Below the pieces are notes generated by a model. The model saw only the letters and a program-made list of their open reading frames with translations, had not been told where the DNA came from and searched no databases. Positions 1 to 9,276 of a DNA stretch of 39,365 bases are shown here, one piece after another. Within the stretch, counting starts at the first letter, position 1, and each line of letters begins with the position of its first letter. The stretch is from Spongospora subterranea f. sp. subterranea. Taxonomy: Eukaryota. The translations under genes were made by a program, and so were the position numbers. The DNA lies in NCBI GenBank assembly GCA_049724395.1, contig JAUGWO010000043.1:1-39365 (forward strand), given 5' to 3'.

Positions 1-3
1 CTA

Positions 4-3000
4 ATGCTCATAACAGATATACAGAAATGGATAGAGAACACGTTACCAAAGTCACGTGATGTAACGCCATGGACCAAAACAATTTACTTGTTACATCACA
101 AGCATGGGAAACCATCAACACCAATGAGACATCAAGACTTGAACCATTATGGGACCCTTTTCCCTATAGAAACAACGGCTAGTGAATGGAATAATAGCGG
201 TATGATGACACCAGACAAATGTGACCTTTACATTGATCAGTACAAATTATCAAACAAAACAGACAGCTCAGCAACGCAAAATGTTAGAAATGATAATTTC
301 AAACAGCAATTTATGATAAAACCATCGCTAGACAAAACGATGAGACACGATAAAAACATAAATCCGAAAAGGCACCGATCATGCGACGATTCCGACGACC
401 AACCCACTCAACGTGCTAAATATGAAAAACATCAAACGCACTCTAAACAAATCTGCACAAAAAAGCGAACATTGCTGATAGATAAGGACGGCACTGAAAC
501 GCAGTATAAAAGACGGCTTACCAACAGCGAGCGCCAATGCAAAGAAGTTGCAGACAATGAAACAGCGCGAAAAACAGCCTCAAAACAGACACCAACAAGC
601 CAGATGAGCCACTACGAACTCACCAAATTGATCGGAAATATACTAGAACCAGACAACAAGGAAGACAATATAGCAGACACATCGGACAAAAACCTGAACG
701 GAACTAAAACACACAAACGGCAGATGAAAATAACTCAATATTTCATGAAAACCAATACCAAAACCAGAAAAATAAGAACAACCAGGAGCTTAAAAATCGC
801 TCAATGGAACGCCTGCTCCCTAAGCGAACAAAAATCAAAAGAACTGTCTCGATTTGCTAACACCAACCGCGTCGATGTAATATGTATATCAGAACTTCAC
901 CATAGACGCCAAGTAGACGATTTCCCAAACCACGAAGCCGATGACCGGTACACCCAAGCTGGAATTTTTTGGAGGCACCATGTAAATGTAGATGTGATGC
1001 GCATTCCTGCAATACAAACGTTTGGGAACGACGGAATCATGACACAAATAGTAAAAATATATAGTGAAATGATATTAATTCACATATATATACCACCGGA
1101 TATAGATCGAAATACTAGAAAAACATATTGGAAACAAATCGGCAAATTCGTAGAAATGCGAGATGAACCGATACTTCTAACAGGTGACCTCAACACCAAA
1201 GATAGACGGTTTGGAATCCACCATGACGAAACTCACAAATACCTAGACAGCATATTGGAAGAATGCAAATTGATGAACAACCCGGAACGCCCAACAAGAG
1301 GAAACAACTCATTAGATATCACCATTGCCAATCGACAGATGGCAAAGGAGATCTTACAATGGGACGTGCACGCAGAGCTAGGCAGTGACCATTCACCGAC
1401 AACAATAGATACTACAATTAGAAGAAAATCGACGCAAAGGATTCCCCCTAGCCGTAAAAGAATACAACGAATTGACACACGAGCGACAACGAAAGCGTTA
1501 GAAGAGGAACTGCAGAATGTTGAAAGCAAGAACATGGGACTAACAGCTTTCATTGACCTATTGCAAAATAGCATTAAGCACAAATATGTTAGACAGAATA
1601 GATGCAAATTCTGGACCACGAAACTCAAAATTGCGTTAAACTTGCGAAATAAACTCAAGCGCAAACACCAGGAAGCCATACTGAAATGCAAAAGCCAGCA
1701 ATTTATTGCACGGCAGCACACCGAAATGCGAAAAGCGGAAATATCATTGAGGAAACAATTTCAGAAAGCGAAAAATGCAAGCCTTAGAACGGAAGTTAAA
1801 CAGGCATGTATGGACGAAACAGGAGCCAAAATATGGAGCCTGGTAAAGAAGATAAGTCCTAAAACCAACAAACGGAGACGAAAGTACGAAACACAGAAAG
1901 TTGATGCAAAAGATGAAGCGGAAAAAATAGCTGACAGTTTTGAGGCAATCTACAGCGAAGCAGACCTTAACCTCAATGAGCATGAACAGCGTGAACACGA
2001 TCTACTCATTGAAAAACTATGGAAAGAGAGAATCTCTCAACCACCGGAAAAGATTACTTTGAGAGAGCTAGAAAGGGCAGTTGTTAAGGCCAATAGGAAA
2101 TCAGCAGGAGGAATTGATGGAATACCGAATAGTCTCATCAAAGAATTATGCAAAAATGATATGAACAAATACGCGTTGCTGAATTCAATTAATAACGATA
2201 TTATAGATTTAGGATACTTCCCACAAGATATGAAAATAGCGAAAATCAGACCATTACCTAAAGATAAACCAGGTGAATATAGACCGATATCATTATTGCC
2301 TAATATAGCCAAACTGGTAGAAGGGATTATTGAACACAGAATAAGACACCAAGCGGAAAAGCACATACCTGATAACCAATTCGGGTGCAGACCCGCTCAT
2401 AGTACTACGCATGCATTGTTAAGATTGCTGCATAATGCAGGATTAGCAGCTGCTAAAGAACAACAATTCGCCCTAATTGTATATGACTTTATGAAAGCCT
2501 TTGACAGAGTACAGAGAACACTACTAGTACGAAAGATGAGAAATATGGGAATAGACTCATACCTAATATTATTGATCGACCAATGGTTGACAAAGCGAAT
2601 ATTCCACGTGTGCCACAGGAAAAATATTACAGAGCCGCATTATCAAGAGAACGGAATCCCTCAAGGATCCAGTATTAGCGTCTTATTATGGATTATATAT
2701 ATCTACGATGCACCAATAGAAACGGTCAATAGTAATGTTTATGTAGATGATACCACACAATGGGCAACAGATTCAACCAAATGGGAAGTAAAAAATCAAC
2801 TGAGGGCAGAGAGTTCAAAGCTGCAAAGCTGGTGCACAGCAAACCACATTAAGATACAATGGCTGAAAACCCACTTATTATTCAATGAACATGCTCATAG
2901 AGACCAAATAACTGTCAACGAGCATAAAATCAAAACAACAGACACAATCAAGTATTTAGGGGCAACCTTAAGAGCAAATGATGAGAATCACCACTCAACA

Positions 3001-4524
3001 ATCAAAATCGATCTCAAAGAAGTAGCAAAGGACATTAAAACCAGATGCAAATTAATGAGAGGGCTACGAAAATATGAAATTCCAGTTTCGACCTTTCAAA
3101 AAATATGTCGAGGATTCATAGGCGGAAAACTCAATTACTACCTGCCATGGCTTGCAGCGGAAATACACCAAACCATGAAGACCACTCTGAACCCGATGGA
3201 AATTGCATATAGAGACTATATGAGAACATATACAGGATGTTTCCCATCGACACCAATCCCATTATTACATGCGATATCACGATTCCCATTATTAAAGGAT
3301 AGAATAATCACAGAGACAACAATGACAGTACTTTCAGCACAGGCAAATGGCACATTATTAGGAAGTGAATATGCTGCCTGGAATGGAGATGGCGATGGAT
3401 GGACCCCATTAGGGGAGGTATGGAAAGCACTCAAAGAGAGAGTACCTGACACATATGATGCAGTTCATACTAGGACTGATATACCAGCACGAATATTGGA
3501 GGGATTATATAAGGTCAAATACCATTCCTCAAATAGGGAAAAAGCAATCAAAAAACACAAAAAAGGAAAGCTATTGCCGACAAACCCAGATATCGAACTA
3601 TGGACAGATGGGAGTTTTAATAAGGATGTTGGCGGAGGAGCGGCAGCTCTGCTAATTGATTATACAAATAGAGATGAAAAAGGCGAGACCAACGAAGAGA
3701 TAATTACCGTTAAACTAGGAACAGAAGTGACATCATCATATGAATGTGAGATTATTGCACTGAATAGTGGACTAGATATAGCTGTAGACCAGAACTATGA
3801 GGGAAGACATATCCACATAATGACAGATTCCTTATCATGGATGAGTCAACTACAATCCTTACCGATAAAACCAAGGAGAGTGAACGCTATCGTTGCGGAA
3901 TGTGCAGATAAATTAGCGAAATTAACAAAAGAAAACATGGTGGATATACACTTTATACCAAGTCACGTGGAAAACGACAACAATAATGAAGACGAGATGA
4001 AAGTCCCCATAGGACACAGCGATGACATTGATCAACTAGCAAAGCAAGCATCGATGGACGGCGATGAAATTCAACATGACCCATTTATATCATCGTTCAA
4101 ACTGCATCTTAAGAAAAGAGAGAGAGAAAACCTTAAAGATTACATCAAAGAACGAGTTCAAGCTAGCAGATTCAAAGGATACCCAGAAAGGGATAAATTT
4201 AAGATATTAATGACGCTAAACGAAAGGAAGATTGAACCTACAACCCCGCTTCTCAACAGAGCAAGAACTGGGCACTCTTGTGCAAGAAATCACCTGAAGA
4301 ACCTGAATATGGATGACAGTAACATATGCAGATGGTGTAATACGGAAATAGAGACGATTGAACATCAGGTGTTACACTGCAAGGCGTTACAAGGAAAGTT
4401 GAGTAAAGTCAGGAAAGAGTACAAAGGTTTGAACACCTCATCATTTGAAAATGCACTGTGGGAATACCCGCAAGAAATGAACAGGATCCTAAGAAGGGCA
4501 GTGAAAAAGAGGTGCTACATCTAG
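4..4524 (+). CDS. LINE polyprotein: APE endonuclease, reverse transcriptase, RNase H, C-terminal CCHC zinc finger (1506 aa; frame is open to the window edge)
   Basis: APE: QWNACSL, ICISE, LTGDLN, SLDITI, GSDH. RT: YRPISLL, QFGCR, DFMKAFD, GIPQGS, YVDD, KYLG. RNase H: WTDGS, ECEIIAL, TDSLS, IPSH. Zinc finger: CRWC-x8-H-x4-C. Confidence 0.96.
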   Translation: MLITDIQKWIENTLPKSRDVTPWTKTIYLLHHKHGKPSTPMRHQDLNHYGTLFPIETTASEWNNSGMMTPDKCDLYIDQYKLSNKTDSSATQNVRNDNFKQQFMIKPSLDKTMRHDKNINPKRHRSCDDSDDQPTQRAKYEKHQTHSKQICTKKRTLLIDKDGTETQYKRRLTNSERQCKEVADNETARKTASKQTPTSQMSHYELTKLIGNILEPDNKEDNIADTSDKNLNGTKTHKRQMKITQYFMKTNTKTRKIRTTRSLKIAQWNACSLSEQKSKELSRFANTNRVDVICISELHHRRQVDDFPNHEADDRYTQAGIFWRHHVNVDVMRIPAIQTFGNDGIMTQIVKIYSEMILIHIYIPPDIDRNTRKTYWKQIGKFVEMRDEPILLTGDLNTKDRRFGIHHDETHKYLDSILEECKLMNNPERPTRGNNSLDITIANRQMAKEILQWDVHAELGSDHSPTTIDTTIRRKSTQRIPPSRKRIQRIDTRATTKALEEELQNVESKNMGLTAFIDLLQNSIKHKYVRQNRCKFWTTKLKIALNLRNKLKRKHQEAILKCKSQQFIARQHTEMRKAEISLRKQFQKAKNASLRTEVKQACMDETGAKIWSLVKKISPKTNKRRRKYETQKVDAKDEAEKIADSFEAIYSEADLNLNEHEQREHDLLIEKLWKERISQPPEKITLRELERAVVKANRKSAGGIDGIPNSLIKELCKNDMNKYALLNSINNDIIDLGYFPQDMKIAKIRPLPKDKPGEYRPISLLPNIAKLVEGIIEHRIRHQAEKHIPDNQFGCRPAHSTTHALLRLLHNAGLAAAKEQQFALIVYDFMKAFDRVQRTLLVRKMRNMGIDSYLILLIDQWLTKRIFHVCHRKNITEPHYQENGIPQGSSISVLLWIIYIYDAPIETVNSNVYVDDTTQWATDSTKWEVKNQLRAESSKLQSWCTANHIKIQWLKTHLLFNEHAHRDQITVNEHKIKTTDTIKYLGATLRANDENHHSTIKIDLKEVAKDIKTRCKLMRGLRKYEIPVSTFQKICRGFIGGKLNYYLPWLAAEIHQTMKTTLNPMEIAYRDYMRTYTGCFPSTPIPLLHAISRFPLLKDRIITETTMTVLSAQANGTLLGSEYAAWNGDGDGWTPLGEVWKALKERVPDTYDAVHTRTDIPARILEGLYKVKYHSSNREKAIKKHKKGKLLPTNPDIELWTDGSFNKDVGGGAAALLIDYTNRDEKGETNEEIITVKLGTEVTSSYECEIIALNSGLDIAVDQNYEGRHIHIMTDSLSWMSQLQSLPIKPRRVNAIVAECADKLAKLTKENMVDIHFIPSHVENDNNNEDEMKVPIGHSDDIDQLAKQASMDGDEIQHDPFISSFKLHLKKRERENLKDYIKERVQASRFKGYPERDKFKILMTLNERKIEPTTPLLNRARTGHSCARNHLKNLNMDDSNICRWCNTEIETIEHQVLHCKALQGKLSKVRKEYKGLNTSSFENALWEYPQEMNRILRRAVKKRCYI

Positions 4525-4612
4525 AACCACAGGAACCCGAATCCGAATACACGAGCAGAAAATGCACTGTGGGAATACCCGCAAAAAATGAACAGGATCC
4601 TAAGAAGGGCAG
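4447..4612 (+). repeat. 55-bp direct repeat (4447-4501 and 4558-4612) flanking the LINE stop codon
   Basis: gaaaatgcactgtgggaatacccgcaa(g/a)aaatgaacaggatcctaagaagggcag occurs twice with one mismatch, offset 111 bp. Confidence 0.95.
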
Positions 4613-4654
4613 ACGGCGATCGAGACAGTGAGAGAGAGGAGGCAGCCTAGATAA

Positions 4655-5067
4655 ATATTTTCCGAAGAGGAGTAAAACCTCGATAAAAAATCAGCTACCT
4701 AACCGTAGCGAAGAGGTGCTACCTCTCTAAATACAGGCCGAAGAGGAGGACAACCTCTATGCAAAAACCGAGCTGTCTAGTAAGGATGCGACCTGGTTAG
4801 GCCAAAGGGTGTTCCTTAGGGAATTTTTAGTGTCCCGGATACAGAGTTTTCCGGGTACGTTTTTTAGTTGGGACGGATTATGTAGGACTATTCTAACCCC
4901 ACACTACCCTTTGCGTCGACCAAAATGCTGAACTACCGGCGAAGGTCTATATTTCGGGTGCGAGCCTGATACTGGGAGGAGCTTCTGAGACGCGAGTCGA
5001 AGAAACGAATCTTGGCCCAATAGCCGTGGGACCGGCCGACCTGCATGAAAAGTGCAAACTCAATCAC
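4655..5067 (+). ncRNA. Putative structured cis-acting RNA in the 3' UTR of LINE copy 1
   Basis: GAGG/CCTC hairpins followed by multiple helices, two with GCGA tetraloops. Helix positions match copy 2 with compensatory changes (folded by eye). Confidence 0.7.
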
Positions 5068-5089
5068 AAAAAAAAAAAAAAAAAAAAAA

Positions 5090-8000
5090 CAACCGAAACA
5101 CAAATTACAAAGAGAAAAGAAGCACTAAACAAGGCGGCGATCGAATTAAGGAAACAATATGTCAAAGCCAAAAACAAACATTTAACAAAATGGTCAAAAC
5201 AGCATGTGAGGATAAGACAGGAGCACAAATCTGGAGCCTGATAAAACAGATCAGCCCAAAAACAAATAAACGAAGAAAGAATTACGAAACATTCACCAAT
5301 GAAGCGAAAGAAGGTGGAGAACATCTCCTCGAGATTTGAAAAAATTTATAGCTCACCAGATCTCGAACTGACTGAAATAGAAAAATCAGAGCACGAGCTA
5401 CTACTGGCAGAATTATTGAAAGAACGACTGGAAAAACCAACAACAAATATTACTTTGAGAGAGCTGGAAAGAGCAGTTAAAAAAGCCAACAGCAAATCTC
5501 CGCTGGAGGAATAGACGGAATCCCCAACAGTCTGATTAAACATATGTGCACAATCACATAATCAAGGACAGATTCCTGAAAGCAATCAATTCCGACATCA
5601 TCGGCATTGGGTGCTTTCCACAGGAAATGAAGATCGCCAAATACGGCCAATACCCAAAGCGAAACCAGGAGAATATGGACCGATATCATTATTGCCAAAC
5701 ATAGCAAAGATTGTGGAAGGAATAAATGAACATAGAATAAGACAACTAGCGAGCGAGCACATATCCGATAACCAATCTGGATGTCGGCCAGCACACAGCA
5801 CAGCCCATGCATTGTTAAGACTGCTACATAATGCAGGATTAGCGGCGGCATAAGATCAACAATTCGCCATGATAGTATACGACTTCATGAAGGCATTCGA
5901 TAGAGTGCAACGAACACTGATAATCCAGAAAATGAGGAGAATGGGGATAGATCCATATTTGATATTACTGATTAATGACTGGCTAACAAACAGAATCTTT
6001 GAGGTGAATTATAGAAACACCAATTCTGAATTACATAGTCAGGCGCATGGTATTCCACAGGGATCCAGTATAAGTGTATTGCTGTGGATAATCTACATAT
6101 ATGACGTCCCTATAGAGACTAATAACAGTAATGTGTATGTGGATGACACAACACAATGGGCAATTGAAGACACAAAACAGGAAGTACTTAAATTGAGAAG
6201 TGATAGCATCAAACTACAGCAATGGTGTAAAGACAGCAGGATCAAAATCCAATGGCTCAACACAAACATTCTATTCAACGAATACTCACCCACAGACAAA
6301 TTAACTATTAATGGACAAACGATCCAGACAACAAAAACAGTGCAATATCTCGGAGCAACGCTAAACGCCAATAACGAAAATAACCACTCAACTTTCACAA
6401 TTCAACTGACAGAAGTGGCCAATGATATCAGGAAAAGATGTAAACTGGTACGAGAAATGAGAAAATACCGGATACCATACAGAACATATCAACAGATATG
6501 TAGAGGATTTATAGGAGGGAAACTGAACTATTACCTACCCTGGTTGGCAGGTGAAATCAACAAGAACATGAGTAGGACATTGCGACCCATTGAGACAGCA
6601 TATAAGGACTATATGAGAACATATACAGGGTGCTTCAAATCAACACCAATCCCTATATTACATGCAATATCAGGATTCCCAATATTGAGAGATAGAATCA
6701 TCACAGAAACAACAATGACAGTACTTGCTGCACAGGCCAATGGGACATTATTGGGCAGAAAATACACTGAATGGAATGGAGATGGATGGACATTACTTGG
6801 AGAAGTCTGGAAAACACTCAGAGAGAGAATGCCAGAAGGATTCGAGAACATTCATGCGAGAACAGAAATATCGCCAGATATCCTTGAGGGTCTATATAAG
6901 GTTAGATTTCACAAATCAAATAGGAAGAAAGCAATCAAGAAACACAAAAAAGGAAAACTTCTACCAAAAATCCAGACATCGAGCTATGGACGGATGGAAG
7001 TTTCAAGCCTGAACAGGGTGGAGGTGCAGCAGCACTTCTGATCGACAATCACAAAAGAAAGGAAATCCCCAAAACTGAGGCACACGAGATCGAATCAACA
7101 GCCAAATTAGGACCAAAAGTGACATCCTCGTATGAATGTGAAATTATCGCGTTGAGCATAGGACTGGATATAGCAATTAACCAAGATTACCGAGGCACAA
7201 ATATACACATTATGACAGATTCACTGTCATGGATGAACCAACTAAAATCACTACCGACAAAGCCAAGAAGAGTTAACGCCGTCGTTGCCGAATATGATAA
7301 AAAACTCGCTGAGCTAACCAACGAGAACCAAGTAGATATACACTTTATTCCTAGGCATGTGCCAGACAAGGTGAAGAATACATCGGTAGACCACCCCATT
7401 CAACAGCCAAAAACTCTCAACATAGGACGGAGCGAAGAGATAGAGGAAATCGCTAAACAAGCAATAGAAACAGGAGACACTATAGAACATGACCCGTTCT
7501 TATCATCGTTTAAACTTCAATTGAGGAAGACCGAAACCGAAAATCAAGACCAATATATTGAACGAAGCGTCAAACCAACCGGATTCGCTGGCTATCCAGA
7601 TGAATCACCCTACATGAAACGACAAAACAACAGCGATGAGAAAGCCAGCTGGCCGCAGCCGGAACTAAATCGAGCTAGAACTGGACACTCTTGTGCCCGA
7701 CAACATCTGAAAAACCTCCAAATAGAAGAGAGCGATTTATGCCGACACTGTTATGAACAGGTAGAAACTGTAGAGCATCAAGTATTACACTGTCCAGCAC
7801 TACAGTGCAAGTTACAACACAGCAGAGACGAATTCGACAAATTGCAGACAGATTATGAGACAGCACTATGGGCACATCCGGCGGAAATGAACCGAATCCT
7901 GAACAAGCAAGACGAAGAGGATGTTTTATCTGACGACAGTTATTTTCCAAGAGGAGAACACCTCTGGAAAAATCCCAGAGGAGAAAACCTCTGAAAAAGA

Positions 8001-8283
8001 AATCAGCTGGTTTACGATGAAGGCGACATGTCCTACAGCAATGGTGTTCCTTAAGGAATTTCACCTGTGTCCCAATGGGTTTCGGGGCTTTAGTGAGTCG
8101 GGTCACCCCAACCTCACACTACCAGTGTTGTGGGTCAGAATGCTGAGCAACGCATTGCGAAGGTTCTTATCACAAACGTTGGAGTTTGTGCCCAGAGGAC
8201 GAGCCATCGTCGTCTGGCCCTAGAGTAGATATCGGTACTACAGACCTAACACAAAAGTGTTGAACTCAATCACAAAAAAAAAA
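5090..8283 (+). mobile_element. Degenerate LINE copy 2 of a related subfamily, lacking APE; RT, RNase H and CCHC broken by frameshifts and stops
   Basis: ORF pieces 5026-5241, 5299-5514, 5611-5853, 5869-7041 and 7119-7994 align collinearly to copy 1 from the APE-RT linker onward. Ends AACTCAATCAC + A10. Confidence 0.93.
7940..8273 (+). ncRNA. Putative structured cis-acting RNA in the 3' UTR of LINE copy 2
   Basis: Same helix order and invariant linkers as 4655-5067, with different stem sequences. Confidence 0.7.
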
Positions 8284-8981
8284 TCCTACTCCGTCCTCGT
8301 CCACTAACACGAAGGTCGACTACAGGTTATGTGGTTATGCTTAATGGAGGAACTGTAGCTTTCAAGAGTCTAGTCGACAGACGTCGTGTACTTTATCCTC
8401 CTGTAAGGCAGAAACTATTGCCGCATCTCTCGCTGGATGTGAAATTGTCTGGTTGCGTAATGTTTTACAAGAACTTGATTTCAGCAGTTAGGTGCTACTG
8501 TTTCAAATATGGATTCGCAAGGTTCCATATCGTTTCGTTAATAACGAAGACAAACATTCGAGGATGAAGCATATTGATCTTCGTGAACACTTTACCAGGG
8601 AATTAATTTCCCTGGAAAAATCAAGACGGCATATGTTTCTTCGTAAGAAAACAGAGCAGATACATTTACGAAAGCACTTCCCAAAGATAGATTCTTCTAT
8701 CTGAGGTCAAAACTAAATATCAAGGCCAAGGAGGGAAGTTGAAATATATTAAGGGGTGCCTTGACGGAGTCCGAAGATTCACGAGGTCCGAAGATGTGTA
8801 TTCATATAGATAACTTTACGTTCTTACTGATACCGGATTAAGGACTCGTTTCGTGGCAAACTGGTGTTATTGTGGGTAGCTCCTCGTGACAACCAGGTCA
8901 CTCGGGTTTTACCTTGAATTTCGGATGGAAACACTGAAGCCATCGAAATGTGGTATTTTGACCACCCAAAGCATTTCAATA
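8284..8981 (+). mobile_element. Ty1/Copia 3' remnant: RNase H, PPT and probable ~245-bp LTR
   Basis: TRRSTTGYVVMLNGG, RMKHIDLREHF and NRADTFTKAL in shifted frames. Purine tract aaggagggaag (~8728-8738), then agttgaaat...atttcaata (8737-8981) as degenerate LTR termini. Confidence 0.8.
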
Positions 8982-9276
8982 CCGTCTTGAATTTTTTATG
9001 AAACGATTCACTCTGGTATAAGACAGATTTGGTGAACTCAGAACACCCAAACACGGTGAAGATTCCCAGTCTGGTCATGACATGGAGCTACCGCCTGGCA
9101 TTGGAACTAGGACATCACGAGCCGATGGTCGGGATAACAGGCTGGACGAGAGTGGGCAGTACAATTTTATAATCCACGGATTTCACGGACTAAAACCCAC
9201 GGACTATCAACCCGCGCAAGAGTTGTTAATATACCAGTGTCACTTGGGCATATTATTGATAAACGCCATTTCCATA

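Larger units (their letters stand above)
1..5089 (+). mobile_element. Non-LTR retrotransposon (LINE), Ingi/I-group-like, copy 1; apparently intact, 5' end probably outside the window
   Basis: One long ORF with APE, RT, RNase H and CCHC domains. 3' UTR ends AACTCAATCAC followed by A22 (5068-5089). Sense strand is strongly A-rich. Confidence 0.95.

Noticed and set aside
4..790. 2A-like peptide or 5' HDV-like ribozyme typical of Ingi/L1Tc elements
   Set aside because: No DxExNPGP motif is present, and the element's 5' end appears to lie outside the window.
4938..4980. Resemblance to HCV-type IRES words (gcgaagg, gggtgcgag, gcctgata, gggagg)
   Set aside because: The order differs from the IRES, most words are not conserved in copy 2, and the site is 3' of the ORF with nothing to translate downstream.
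4655..5067. 3' UTR structure as a known ribozyme (HDV, hammerhead, group I/II) or tRNA-like element
   Set aside because: I found no CUGANGA/GAAA core, HDV P3/L3 motif, group I P-Q-R-S motifs, domain V or cloverleaf by eye. Left as an unknown structure.
1233..7399. Minus-strand ORFs within the LINEs
   Set aside because: Antisense shadows of A-rich coding sequence with no recognisable motifs.
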